Below the pieces are notes generated by a model. That model ran no database searches and was not told the DNA's origin. It worked only from the letters and a program-made list of their open reading frames with translations. Position numbers and translations under genes: made by a program. Shown here one piece after another: positions 1 through 10,406 of a stretch of DNA of 64,000 bases (its first letter is position 1; every line of letters starts with the position of its first letter). This DNA is from an uncultured bacterium (GTDB lineage: Bacteria; Chloroflexota; UBA5177; JANWHV01): contig CAWHAE010000014.1 of assembly GCA_963827235.1 (NCBI GenBank), positions 64,001 to 128,000 of the forward strand, given 5' to 3'.

Positions 1-176
1 CTCCAGCTACACGAACTGCGGCCCTTGCCGCGAGGGTTCAGCCTGCAGCTCGATTCCCGTCCCAGATCACACAAACAGATGCGGGCCCGGCAACTCACGT
101 CGGCACCGGGCCAACTGAATTGGTGTTGACAATGGTAACAACTTCCTGGACCGCAGCCAATGGCGAAGAGCCGGCG

Positions 177-956
177 ATGCCTGATGCAGCTGAACGCGTG
201 CAGGCCATGGAAACGCTCCTGGGCATAGTGTTCAACGATCGACGACTTCTGCTTCAGTCGCTGCTGCACCGCTCGGCGATACTGGAGCGGCAGAGAGACC
301 ACGCTGTCCTGCCCAATATGGAGTCCAACGAGCGCCTGGAGTTTCTCGGCGACGCGGTGCTCAGCATGTTGGTAGCCGAGTACGCGTATACGAACTTTCG
401 CGGGTACGACGAGGGACGACTGACCGAGGTGCGGGCAGCCCTCGTCAGGCGTTCGACGCTGTCCATTCTTGCCGAGGAGCTCGGCATGGCAGATCTACTG
501 TACGTGGGTCGCTCGGAACGGCGACCCGGTACGAGGGGACGGATGACCGTCCTGGCCGAGGCTTTGGAAGCCGTTGTGGCGGCAGTGTTTCTCGACCAAG
601 GGCTGGAAACCGCTCGGCGGTTCGTTGTCACTCTGCTCGAGGGAAGGATACCCTACCTCTTGCAGCGCGCCGGTTCGCTCAACCCCAAATCGCGCTTGCA
701 GGAGCTGGCGCAGTCGACATTGCATCAGCTTCCCACGTATGCGTTGCTCGGCAGATCGGGCCCTGCACACGACAGCCGGTTTACGGTGGAGGCGAGCGTT
801 GGCGGCTACCACGCAACCGGGCACGGGACGTCCAAGCAAGAGGCGGAACAGCAGGCGGCGCAGATGCTGCTCGAGCAAATTGCAGCGCTGCTGCACGGCT
901 CCGAGGATCCTTGCAAGTCCGACGACCGTCAGCTGGAGCAGCCGGATGGCAGATAG
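177..956 (+). CDS. rnc: Ribonuclease III
   Basis: Signature NERLEFLGDAVL, catalytic-region LAEALEA, C-terminal dsRBD (NPKSRLQE...GTSKQEAEQQAA). ATG at 177 chosen over the upstream TTG. Confidence 0.96.
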   Translation: MPDAAERVQAMETLLGIVFNDRRLLLQSLLHRSAILERQRDHAVLPNMESNERLEFLGDAVLSMLVAEYAYTNFRGYDEGRLTEVRAALVRRSTLSILAEELGMADLLYVGRSERRPGTRGRMTVLAEALEAVVAAVFLDQGLETARRFVVTLLEGRIPYLLQRAGSLNPKSRLQELAQSTLHQLPTYALLGRSGPAHDSRFTVEASVGGYHATGHGTSKQEAEQQAAQMLLEQIAALLHGSEDPCKSDDRQLEQPDGR

Positions 957-2133
957 GCGACCACGGCGGGACGATGCATGGCAGAGCGATGGGCCGCGGC
1001 AGCTGGCTTTGTTCGACCTACCCGAGACCAGCAAACATGAGCGCGCGGGTACCGGACATCTAGCCACCGATCATGGCTCGCAGGCAGCGCCTGGGGCCGA
1101 AATCGCGTCTCTCCAGGCCATAGACGAGAAGCCCACGGACGAGCGACCCGCCAGGAGCGGCGATCTGGCTCTGGCGGAAGCCAAGGGTGCCACAATCGCC
1201 CTGCGGCCGCTCGTCACGACGCTGCGCGCGGCGATCGAGGAGTACAAGCAGTACCTGGCGGCAATGAACCGCTCCAAACACACTCGCGAGAGCTTTGCCC
1301 TCGATCTCAGACTGCTGCTGGAGCATCTGGGCAACGCACCACTGCAGAACATCGGCGAGCGTGAGTTGCGCTCGTTCATCAGTTGGGTGAGCGTGCAGCG
1401 CGGCAATAGCGCCACATCCGTGCGCAGGAAAGTGGCAACGCTCAAGAGCTTCTTCGCTTACTTGCACCGCGAGCGCGCCATTGCCATGGATCCCGCGGCA
1501 ACGCTGATCTACCCGGAGATCTACCCGGCGCTACCCGAGTTTCTCGAGGATCAGCAAGTCGAGGACCTGCTGGCTGCGGCCGAGGAGCACCAGTTCTGGA
1601 ACGCGCTCGTGATGCTGATGCTGGCCACCGGCCTGAAGCGCGATGAGGTAGTGGCCCTGGGCCGCTCGGACGTCGTGCTGGCGCCTACCGGTGGTGAGTC
1701 GTATCTGGTGGTTCGGGAGACCGAGCAAGCGAAGCGGCTGCGGTCGCGTCGCCTGGATCTCGATGGCGAATTGGTCGACGTGCTGGCAGGCTACCTTGCT
1801 GCGCAGCCGGTCCGCGAACGGTTCTTTGACGTTTCAGCCCGCGGCGTCAACTTCATCGTCGAGACCTGCGGGCGGCGGGCGCACATCGCCGCCAAGGCCA
1901 ACAAGCTCACGCCCCAGATCCTGCGCTCCACCTTCGCCGTGCGAGCCATGCGCGCGATGATAACGGCTGAGGATGCACAGCGTATGGCTGGCGTATCTGA
2001 GATCACGGTGGCCGGTGTGGCGGAGCAGCACGATCTTCAGCTACTGAGGCTGCTCGGATTACACGAAGAACCGGAGTCGGCCAAGAAGTACCGCAAGCTC
2101 GTGCGAGGCTGGTCGGCGCACACCAGGCAGTAG
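946..2133 (+). CDS. Atypical tyrosine recombinase / Xer-like protein with substituted catalytic residues
   Basis: Core-binding domain (SATSVRRKVATLKSFFAYL), LPEFLEDQQVEDLL, box I LATGLKRDE, box II TPQILRSTFA...LLGLH...KKY. ATG overlaps the end of rnc. Confidence 0.85.
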   Translation: MADRRPRRDDAWQSDGPRQLALFDLPETSKHERAGTGHLATDHGSQAAPGAEIASLQAIDEKPTDERPARSGDLALAEAKGATIALRPLVTTLRAAIEEYKQYLAAMNRSKHTRESFALDLRLLLEHLGNAPLQNIGERELRSFISWVSVQRGNSATSVRRKVATLKSFFAYLHRERAIAMDPAATLIYPEIYPALPEFLEDQQVEDLLAAAEEHQFWNALVMLMLATGLKRDEVVALGRSDVVLAPTGGESYLVVRETEQAKRLRSRRLDLDGELVDVLAGYLAAQPVRERFFDVSARGVNFIVETCGRRAHIAAKANKLTPQILRSTFAVRAMRAMITAEDAQRMAGVSEITVAGVAEQHDLQLLRLLGLHEEPESAKKYRKLVRGWSAHTRQ

Positions 2134-2177
2134 CGGACGCTACGCCAGGGGGCTGAGTGCGGGTTATATGCGCCGGC

Positions 2178-3361
2178 TTAACCGAGTTCGATGATCGCGT
2201 CGAGTATCGCCTCGGCCACCTGCCGCTTGCTAGCCATGGGAACCTCTCGCGGCTCGAGGCCCGGCCGGCATAGCCAAACGTGATTGGTGTCATGATCAAA
2301 GCCGGCTCCGGGCTCGCAGACATCGTTGGCTACAAGTAGGTCGGCACCCTTTTGATCCATTTTTGCACCGGCCCGGTGTAATAAGTTCTCAGTCTCTGCC
2401 GCGAACGCCACCACGCGGAGCCCGTTTGGCCTGCTGATTGAGCCCAGCACGTCGACAGTGGGGACGAGCGACAGCGTAAGCTCATGGGGAGCTCGCCTAA
2501 TTTTGCTGGGGGAGGGTTCTGCAGATTTGTAATCGGCCACCGCCGCGGCCATGATCAGGACGGAGTTCACTCTGATATATTTTTGCACCCCAGCAAAAAG
2601 ATCTTCGGCCGTTCTGACGCGAACTACAACGACGCCGGGAGGCGGCGTCAGCGCAACCGGTCCGCTGATAAGCGTGACGTCTGCTCCGCGCTGCACTGCG
2701 GCCGCCGCGATCGCGTAGCCCATCTTGCCGGAGCTGCGATTGGACAGGAAGCGTACCGGATCGATCGCTTCTTGCGTCGGGCCGGCCGTGACCACGAAGT
2801 GCCGCCCCGCCAGATCCTGCCGGCTCCGCGCGAGAGCGAGAATAATGGACACGATTTCCGATGTCTCCGCCAGGCGCCCTTCGCCGGTCGTTCCTTCCGC
2901 GAGATAACCGCTTCCGGCCCGACGACGTGCGCGCCTCTCTCGCGGAGCAGTGAAACGTTCTGCCGCGTGGCGGCGTTGGTCCACATGGACGTGTTCATCG
3001 CCGGCGCCAGCAATAGAGGTGCGGACGAAGCCAGCAACGTAGCCGTCAGCGCGTCGTCCGCAATGCCCAGCGCGCACTTGGCGATCACGTTTGCCGTGGC
3101 GGGCACGACGGCCACGACGGCGGCACCGTGCGCCAGGCGAATATGAGAGATGTCCATGTCCGACTGCTCTTCCCAGAGGCTGGTTAGCACGCGATGGTGC
3201 GTGATGCTCTCGAATGAGAGCGGCGCCACGAAGCGCGTGGCGTTCTCGGTCATGATCGTGCGCACCGACAGACCGCTCTGTACCAACTTGCTGGCGACGT
3301 CCAGCGCCTTGTAGACCGCGATGCTGCCCGTGACTCCAAGGACGACCGTGCTATCGTCCAT
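2178..3361 (-). CDS. coaBC: Bifunctional phosphopantothenoylcysteine decarboxylase/ligase CoaBC (one frameshift near 2913)
   Basis: N-terminal frame GVTGSIAVYK...APAMNTSMW...HVVGP continues in another frame as SGYLAEG..GEGRL, VTAGPTQEAIDPVRFLSNRSSGKMG, AAAVADY. Confidence 0.93.
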
Positions 3362-3967
3362 CTCAACTCCCCCGCGATTAACCCCAGATCACAGATCCAC
3401 GTGCATTGCGTCCTGGCCAGGCGCATGGGCCTGCCCAGGAGCAGCACCAGCCGGAAACCGAGGTGGCCTACGAGCACCTCCGGCAAACTGTCGCACTGAT
3501 ATGTTGCGCCGGCACTGCTGTCGGCGCGCCGGCCGTTGCTCCGCCCGGCCGCGGGCGGCCGGGGCCCTTGGTACCTGCCTCTGGGACCCCTAGCGAGGCA
3601 GACGTGCCGCACGCTGCGTGCTGAGCCGACCGCATAAACTTACGGCAGCCAACAGGGCCAGTGTACCGTGTGCACCTTGCCTGGGGAGTGCCACGGAGAT
3701 CGGGCGAGCCCTGAAAGAGGGTCGCAGCGGTCTGGCGGTCCGGAGCCCCACGAAGCCATGCCGGCATGTCCCGTGGTGGCAGGCGTAGCTGCCGCCGTGG
3801 GCTTGCCCGCTGGAGGCGCCGGACCTGGCGCCGTGTGCACGAGATGTCGTCCCTGTCGTCCCTGCCGGCTGGTCGGAATGCCTGCCGTCCCCTATACTCT
3901 ATATGCTGCGGTGCCGGAGACGTACGAATCCAGAAGGCACGCAGATCCGTAGTAAGGAGAGCGGAGG

Positions 3968-4240
3968 GTGGCTGCCAAGCGCGATGGCGAAATCCAATAC
4001 CCCAGCTCGAAGCTGGTCAAGAACCTGAATGTCTTGTCCGCGGGCCTGGGCATCGCCAGTATCGTGCTCGATGCCGTAGTTCCCGTGGTGCAGCAGGTCG
4101 GCAAGAAGAAGCAGGCCAAGGAAGGTCTCGAGCGTGCGATCTCGCTCATGATCTTCTTCACCGCCATCCGCACCGTGCCGCGCTTGATTCGTGAGATCCG
4201 CAGGCTACGGGCACAGATCGGCACTCCCGTCACTGGCTAG
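3968..4240 (+). CDS. Small hypothetical protein, probably membrane-associated
   Basis: GGAGG directly before the GTG start, GC3-rich codons, two hydrophobic stretches, upstream of rpmE. Confidence 0.65.
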   Translation: MAAKRDGEIQYPSSKLVKNLNVLSAGLGIASIVLDAVVPVVQQVGKKKQAKEGLERAISLMIFFTAIRTVPRLIREIRRLRAQIGTPVTG

Positions 4241-4318
4241 CGGCCGCGACCGGGATTGAGCGTTGTGGGACCTGGTGTCGCCATGCGCGCCAGAATACAC
4301 AGAGAGTAGGTCAATAGA

Positions 4319-4531
4319 ATGAAGCAAGGAATCCACCCCACGTATTACCACGACTGCAGGGTTACCTGTGCTTGCGGCAATACGTTTCTCACCGGCTCGA
4401 CGGCCAAGAGTGTGCGAGTCGACGTTTGCGCGAAGTGCCACCCCTTCTACACCGGCCAGCAGCGCATCATCGACACGGGCGGTCAGGTGGAGCGGTTCCT
4501 GAAGCGCCAACGGCGAACCGAGGGTGCCTAG
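4319..4531 (+). CDS. rpmE: 50S ribosomal protein L31 (Zn-binding, Cys-containing type)
   Basis: MKQGIHPTY...CACG...[24 protein letters not shown]. Confidence 0.98.
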   Translation: MKQGIHPTYYHDCRVTCACGNTFLTGSTAKSVRVDVCAKCHPFYTGQQRIIDTGGQVERFLKRQRRTEGA

Positions 4532-4681
4532 GGTCACGAACACAGCGACCGGATGGCCGGCGCTGTAGACAAGCACTGCTGTAGGGGCGTGTGGCAGGCG
4601 AGAACGCGGCGCCATCGTGCCCACCGCCTGTCATCCCCCGGCAGTGACACATGCTGGGTGACCAGGCGGGAGAGCAAGCTG

Positions 4682-5572
4682 ATGGCTACACACTACGGTG
4701 GTCAGGCACTGATCGAAGGCGTCTTGATACGCGGCCATTCAGGCGTTTTCGCCGCCGTCCGCGCGCCGGACGGCCGGATCATCACGCGCGAACTGCGACT
4801 GGACGCCGCCCAGCACAAGGGTTTGCGGCGTGTCCCGGTTGTGCGCGGGCTGCTGGCCTTGGGCGACACTCTGTCGTTCGGCTCGCAGATGCTGCTGTTT
4901 TCAGCGGACGTGGCGGCGGGCGGCTCGGGTGAGGAGCTGAGTCCGGGCGGCAAACGTGCCACGGTTGGTGCGGCGGCTGTGGCCGCGGCACTGTTCGCCA
5001 TCGCTCCGGCGATAGTGTCGGTGCGCCTGAAGCCGGCACGCCCCGGGGACAAGAAACCGCGCTCCAGTGTCGCCGACCACCTGGCGGAGAGCGCCACTCG
5101 CGCGGGCATATTCCTGGCCTATCTGACGGCCGTGGGTCGCTTCAAAGATGTTCAGCGCGTATTTGCCTATCATGGTGCGGAGCACAAATCGATCAGCGCT
5201 TTGGAGGCAGGGGCAGAGCTCGTACCAGCGTCGGTTCAATCGTTCGACACGGCACATCCTCGATGCGGCACCGCGTTTCTCTTCCAGTCAATCCTGACTT
5301 CCAGCATCGTCTACGGGCTGGTCGGTGACCGGACGCCTCTGGGAAGAATCGGCACCCGCGTTGCCTTGGTCCCGGCAGTCGCGGGCATCAGCTTCGAGGT
5401 GTTGCAGTTCAATGCACAGCACCTTGACTCAGTGGTCGTAAAGCTGCTCAACGTACCGGGAATGCTGCTCCAGCGTCTTACCACGCGCCAGCCGAGCGAC
5501 GATCAGGTAGAGGTGGCGCTGGAGGCCCTGCGCGGGGCCATGGCGATGGATGAACACGCTGGACAAGAGTGA
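4682..5572 (+). CDS. DUF1385 family membrane protein (putative metal-dependent)
   Basis: YGGQALIEGV, YHGAEHK, HPRCGTAF, LQRLTTRQP; the usual rpmE-DUF1385-prfA/prmC context. Confidence 0.9.
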   Translation: MATHYGGQALIEGVLIRGHSGVFAAVRAPDGRIITRELRLDAAQHKGLRRVPVVRGLLALGDTLSFGSQMLLFSADVAAGGSGEELSPGGKRATVGAAAVAAALFAIAPAIVSVRLKPARPGDKKPRSSVADHLAESATRAGIFLAYLTAVGRFKDVQRVFAYHGAEHKSISALEAGAELVPASVQSFDTAHPRCGTAFLFQSILTSSIVYGLVGDRTPLGRIGTRVALVPAVAGISFEVLQFNAQHLDSVVVKLLNVPGMLLQRLTTRQPSDDQVEVALEALRGAMAMDEHAGQE

Positions 5573-5575
5573 CAG

Positions 5576-6661
5576 ATGACCGGAGACATCATCGCAGAAC
5601 GATTGGAAGCGTTCAAGCGGCGCCACGACGAGCTCAACGTCAAGCTCTCGGACCCGAAGGTCTTTTCGGACAGCGGGTTGCTCTCATCTTATGGCCGCGA
5701 ACAGGCTGAGATCGCTCCATACGCCGAGCTTTTCTCGAAGCTGGAGGCGATCGACGGCGACATCGCGCTGTACGATGAGCTGGCGGGCTCGGGGCTGGAG
5801 GGCGCCGACCTTGACGATGCTCATGGAGAAGCGCGCCGCCTGCGTGCCGAGCGAGCAGACCTGCTTGAGCGAGCCCGGCTCATGCTGCTGCCCAGGGACC
5901 CGAACGACGACAAGAATGTGATTGTCGAGGTGCGTGCCGGCACGGGTGGCGAGGAAGCGGCGCTCTTCGCGCTCGAGCTGTTCCGCATGTACAATCGCTA
6001 CGCCGAGCGGAAGGGTTGGTCAGTCGATCTGGTCAGCCTCTCTGAAAGCGGCGCCGGAGGTACCAAGGAGGCGGTGTTCGAGATCTCCGGCCGCGGGGCA
6101 TACAGCAGGCTCAAGTACGAGAGCGGCGGACACCGGGTGCAGCGAGTGCCTGTGACGGAGTCCGGGGGGCGGCTTCACACCTCCATGGCCACGGTCGCCG
6201 TGCTACCCGAGGTCGCGGACGTGGACGTGGAGATCAATGAGTCCGACCTGCGTATCGACGTCTACCGCTCCACCGGCCACGGCGGCCAGAGCGTGAACAC
6301 GACCGACTCCGCGGTTCGCATCACCCATGTGCCCACCGGCCTCGTAGTGACCTGCCAGGACGAAAAGTCGCAACTCAAGAACCGGATCAAGGCCATGGCG
6401 GTTCTGCGCGCGCGCCTCTACGACATCGAGCAGCGCAAGCGCAGCCAGGCCCTGAGCGAGCATCGTAAGACCCTGATAGGCAGCGGCGACCGAAACGAGC
6501 GCGTGCGTACCTACAACTTCCCTCAGGACCGGTTGACCGACGAGAGGCTGGACAGCAACTTCCACAATTTGCCGCTGATCATGGACGGCGACCTCGATGA
6601 GTTGCTCGACGCGCTCGCCGCGGTCGATCGCGATGAGCTGCTCGCGGCGAGCTTGTCCTGA
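5576..6661 (+). CDS. prfA: Peptide chain release factor 1
   Basis: GGQ motif ([18 protein letters not shown]), PVT anticodon-mimic tripeptide, AGTGGEEA. Confidence 0.97.
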   Translation: MTGDIIAERLEAFKRRHDELNVKLSDPKVFSDSGLLSSYGREQAEIAPYAELFSKLEAIDGDIALYDELAGSGLEGADLDDAHGEARRLRAERADLLERARLMLLPRDPNDDKNVIVEVRAGTGGEEAALFALELFRMYNRYAERKGWSVDLVSLSESGAGGTKEAVFEISGRGAYSRLKYESGGHRVQRVPVTESGGRLHTSMATVAVLPEVADVDVEINESDLRIDVYRSTGHGGQSVNTTDSAVRITHVPTGLVVTCQDEKSQLKNRIKAMAVLRARLYDIEQRKRSQALSEHRKTLIGSGDRNERVRTYNFPQDRLTDERLDSNFHNLPLIMDGDLDELLDALAAVDRDELLAASLS

Positions 6662-6684
6662 CGGCCAGAGCAGACCAGCCTGCG

Positions 6685-7590
6685 ATGGATCACCTGGCTC
6701 AGCCCGCCGGCCCACGGGGCAATCCGGTGGCACCGCCAAGAGCGGGACAGGTGATGGCCCGCGCAAGAGCCATGCTCCGGGAACGCGGCGTGCCCGAGCC
6801 CGGGCTGGAGGCTGCAATTCTCCTTGCCGGCATCCTGCGGCGCTCGCGCGCCTGGCTGCTTGCGCATGCCGACGAGCCGATCGCGAACGTTGAGCACACC
6901 CGCTATCTCGCATTCGTGGCGCGGCGTTGCCGGCGCGAGCCCACGGCCTACATTCTGGGTGAGAAGCAGTGGCTTGACATAACGATCATGGTGAATCGGA
7001 ACACCTTGATACCCCGTCCCGAGTCGGAGCTGCTGGCCGAAGAGGCAATGGCAGCTATGCTCGAACTCGATGGCGCTTTCGAGCGCGCACCGGCCGCGAT
7101 CGACGTGGGAACAGGTTCCGGTGCCCTGGCGATCGCCCTCGCACGGCGTGTTCCACTGGCGAAAGTGCTCGGCGTGGATACCTCGGACGGAGCGCTACGC
7201 CTGGCGCGGGCCAACGCGTTGCGCCTCGGCGCACCTGGCGTGCGTTTCGAGCGCGCCAGTCTGCTGGAGTCTGCGGCCGGGTCGCCGGACCTCGTAGTTG
7301 CCAACCTGCCATACGTGCCGTCCGGTGAGATCGAGGCGCTCGCACCCGAGCTTGCCTACGAGCCGCGGGGCGCACTCGACGGCGGAGCGGATGGCCTGGA
7401 TCTGATTCGCGCTCTCGTGCGTCAGGCGCGCGGGCTGCTCCGCGTGCCCTCGTATGTCCTGCTCGAGTGCGGACACGGCCAGGCTCGTGAGGTCGCACGG
7501 ACTCTACGCGAACACTGGCCGGATGCCCTGATCCGGGTACGGGCAGACCTGGCCGGCATCGATCGCGTCGTAGCTGCCCGATTGGACTGA
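6685..7590 (+). CDS. prmC: Release factor glutamine N5-methyltransferase
   Basis: EPTAYILG, LIPRPESE, DVGTGSG, ANLPY, ALDGGADGL; directly after prfA. Confidence 0.95.
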   Translation: MDHLAQPAGPRGNPVAPPRAGQVMARARAMLRERGVPEPGLEAAILLAGILRRSRAWLLAHADEPIANVEHTRYLAFVARRCRREPTAYILGEKQWLDITIMVNRNTLIPRPESELLAEEAMAAMLELDGAFERAPAAIDVGTGSGALAIALARRVPLAKVLGVDTSDGALRLARANALRLGAPGVRFERASLLESAAGSPDLVVANLPYVPSGEIEALAPELAYEPRGALDGGADGLDLIRALVRQARGLLRVPSYVLLECGHGQAREVARTLREHWPDALIRVRADLAGIDRVVAARLD

Positions 7591-7716
7591 CCACACTCGT
7601 CCGCATCGCCGGTGAGCCGACCGACGGATCGAACCCAAGGCGATGCCACCACAGTGAAGGCTCGCCCAGGTCCTTGAGGGCAGCTTTTCAGCAAACCAGC
7701 CCGGCGACGAACGTCG

Positions 7717-8691
7717 CTAGCCGGCGCGACGGCTCGTCACCAGCGCGTAGAGCACAGCCTGCCCAGTGGGCAGCCGATTGGCGGCCTGCTGGAAGACCAC
7801 GGACTGCGGTCCGTCAATCACCTCGCTAGCCACTTCCTCGGCGCGGTTTGCGGGCAGACAGTGCATGAACACCGAGTGCGCGCTGGCATGGCTCATCAGC
7901 TCCGCGTCCACCCGATACCGGGTGAAGACCTTGGCGCGGGCCGGGCGCTCGTGGTCCGCATTGCCCATGGAGACCCAGAGATCCGTGTAGACCGCGTCGG
8001 CGCCCGTGACCGCTTCATAGGGGTCGACTGTGAGCATGAGGTGGCCACCGCTCTCCTCGTTCTTTGCCTTGGCCCAGGCGATAACCTGGGGCTGCGGCTC
8101 GTAGCTGGGAGGCGCGGCAACTACCATGTCCATCCCAACCAGCGCAGCCGCCTCGATCAGGCTGTGGGTCACGTTGTTGTTGCCGTCGCCCACGTAGGCG
8201 AGGCGAAGACCGGCCACGCTGCCGTAGTGCTCTTTCAGCGTGAGCAGATCGGCCAGACTCTGGCATGGGTGGTGCTCATCCGTCAGCGTATTGATTACCG
8301 GGATGCTCGCCGCGTTCGCCAGTCGTTCCACGTCTTCATGGGCGAACGTGCGAATACAACAGGCCGTCGCGTAGGCGCTGATCACGCGGGCCGTGTCTTC
8401 TATTGTCTCTCCCTTGCCAAGCTGCAGCTCGGTTGGGCGCACGGTAATCGGATGCCCGCCCAGCCGGGTGACCGCGGTCTCCATGGAGATGCGCGTGCGC
8501 GTGGACGGCTTGTCGAAGAAGAGCACGACCGTGCTGCCGGCAAGCGCGTCGCGGTGGGCCAACGGGTCCTGCTTATACGACGAAGCGAGATCGAGCAGGT
8601 AGTAGAGACCTTCCTTCGTCAGGTCCGCCGTCTGAAGCAAACTGGCCGGGACTGCCGGCAACGTTTGCGGCGCCAGTGTCGCTGTGCTCAT
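7717..8691 (-). CDS. argF: Ornithine carbamoyltransferase
   Basis: STRTR carbamoyl-phosphate motif, HPCQ, WVSMG, HCLP; AAGGAGAG RBS before the ATG at 8691. Confidence 0.95.
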   Translation of the reverse strand: MSTATLAPQTLPAVPASLLQTADLTKEGLYYLLDLASSYKQDPLAHRDALAGSTVVLFFDKPSTRTRISMETAVTRLGGHPITVRPTELQLGKGETIEDTARVISAYATACCIRTFAHEDVERLANAASIPVINTLTDEHHPCQSLADLLTLKEHYGSVAGLRLAYVGDGNNNVTHSLIEAAALVGMDMVVAAPPSYEPQPQVIAWAKAKNEESGGHLMLTVDPYEAVTGADAVYTDLWVSMGNADHERPARAKVFTRYRVDAELMSHASAHSVFMHCLPANRAEEVASEVIDGPQSVVFQQAANRLPTGQAVLYALVTSRRAG

Positions 8692-8818
8692 AGTTCTCTC
8701 CTTTGAATGCTCGTGCCGGCGCACCGCGTTGTGCCCTGCCGGCGGCGCAGATGCCGGTGGTGGCGCTCCGAGTGGCGTGCGCTTTGCGGGCCGCGCGCTC
8801 GCCCGCGTGGCAAGGAAG

Positions 8819-8859
8819 CTCATGATTATGCATTATACTGCAACTACATGCGAGATCAA
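8819..8859 (-). promoter_or_regulatory. sigma70-type promoter of argF overlapped by ARG-box-like sequences
   Basis: Minus strand reads TTGATC-16 nt-TATAAT (8859-8832), overlapped by GCATGTAGTTGCA and TGCATAATCATGA, which resemble tandem ArgR boxes. Confidence 0.6.
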
Positions 8860-8926
8860 GACATCAGCCATCAGCCCATCAGCCTTAGCTACCGTGCTGG
8901 GGGACGCGCCGTCTTTAGGTGTTCGC

Positions 8927-10090
8927 TCAGATGAACTGTTGCCACACCTGGTTGGCCAGCAAGTATCCTCGCTGGCTCAGGCGAACATAGTCGCCGACTT
9001 TCTCCAGCAGGCCGGCGGCGCTCAGCCGCTCGATGGCCCCGGCGTGCGCCGCGAGCAGGCTGCCGCCGAATCTGCTATCGAAGGTAGGCACGTGGATGCC
9101 ACGCATGAGCCTCAGACCCAGCATGATTGCGTCGGACCTGGCCCTCGACGGCTCGATCACCTCGCTGGAGGCTGTAGGCAGCCTGCCGGACTTCAACCTG
9201 CCTAAGTAGCTCTGCAGTCCTCGCACGTTCGCGAACCGGACGCCGTCGACGTAACTGTGCGCGGAGAGCCCCACGCCCAGGTACGGATGATGCTCCCAGT
9301 ACAGCAAGTTGTGACGGCTACGGTGTCCGGGACGGGCCCAGTTGGAGATCTCATAGTGCACAAATCCCGCCGATGCCAGCGTTTCTCGCGCTGCCTCGTA
9401 CATGTCCGCGGCCTCGTCATCGTCGGGAAGCGCCCTGTCACCTCTGCGCACCTGGCGGCGCAATAAGGTGCCAGGCTCGAGAATCAGACCGTATGCCGAG
9501 AGATGGTCCGGGCTTTCCGCCAGTACATCGCGCAACGTGGCCGCCCAATTCGACCGGTCCTGACCGGGCAATCCAAAGATCAGGTCGGCACTCACCGACT
9601 GGAACCCGGCGGCACGTGCCTGCCTCAAGGCATCGACGGCCTGTGTCGCGTCGTGGATGCGATTCACACTGCGGAGAATGGCATCATCCAGCGTTTGCAC
9701 GCCGATGCTCAGCCGGTTGACTCCCGCGTCGCGCAGAGCGCAGAGCTTCACCGCGTCGAGCGTGCCCGGATTTGCCTCCAATGTGACCTCTGCGTTCGGG
9801 GACACGAGAAAGTGTTCTCGGATCGACTCGAGAATGCGCTCCACGGCCGGCACTGGCAGCCGGCTGGGCGTGCCGCCGCCGAAGAAGACGGTGGTCACGA
9901 AACGTCCGTACATACCTCGGGCACGGCGGTCGATCTCTTCCAGGAGGCTCGCGACGTAGGCAGCCATGTGCCCGTCCTCACCGGCATAGGTCGCGAAGTC
10001 GCAGTACGAGCAGCGATATTGGCAGAAGGGTATGTGCACGTAAATGCCGAGCACTGAGTCCGCCTGCCTCTGCGCCTCCAGCTCATCCAT
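8927..10090 (-). CDS. hemW: Radical SAM heme chaperone HemW (HemN-like)
   Basis: YVHIPFCQYRCSYCDF, FFGGGTPS, EANP, HYEISNW, HNLLYW. Start uncertain (10090 or 10282). Confidence 0.9.
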   Translation of the reverse strand: MDELEAQRQADSVLGIYVHIPFCQYRCSYCDFATYAGEDGHMAAYVASLLEEIDRRARGMYGRFVTTVFFGGGTPSRLPVPAVERILESIREHFLVSPNAEVTLEANPGTLDAVKLCALRDAGVNRLSIGVQTLDDAILRSVNRIHDATQAVDALRQARAAGFQSVSADLIFGLPGQDRSNWAATLRDVLAESPDHLSAYGLILEPGTLLRRQVRRGDRALPDDDEAADMYEAARETLASAGFVHYEISNWARPGHRSRHNLLYWEHHPYLGVGLSAHSYVDGVRFANVRGLQSYLGRLKSGRLPTASSEVIEPSRARSDAIMLGLRLMRGIHVPTFDSRFGGSLLAAHAGAIERLSAAGLLEKVGDYVRLSQRGYLLANQVWQQFI

Positions 10091-10406
10091 CTCGGACTCG
10101 GGCGGTGGGCCCTCCGGCAGACGCGTTCGCTCCCGTGTCGTGCTGCTAAACGTCCCGAAGGCAGTGCCGGCGTCTCCGGAGCCTGCCGAGTCGCGCACGG
10201 TGCCGGGAGCTCCTGGCGGGTGCACGGGCAAAGGGGTGGGAGGAGAGTTGGCGGGTGCCCGCCGGGTTTCGCTTTCGCCCAATACAGGTTATCCTTTTGA
10301 AGCTGTGCCACACGCGGCGCGCTGGGTCGAGACGCGACCACATGCAGACCAGTCTACGGCAAAGGCATAATCGCGAATATAGCTTGCACATTGCGGGAGT
10401 GAGCAG

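Noticed and set aside
574-945. N-terminal extension of the 519-aa recombinase ORF
   Set aside because: It overlaps rnc in another frame; the ATG at 946 is the plausible start.
2900-2925. Programmed ribosomal frameshifting in coaBC or cdsA
   Set aside because: No slippery heptamer is evident and scattered indels across unrelated genes favour sequencing error.
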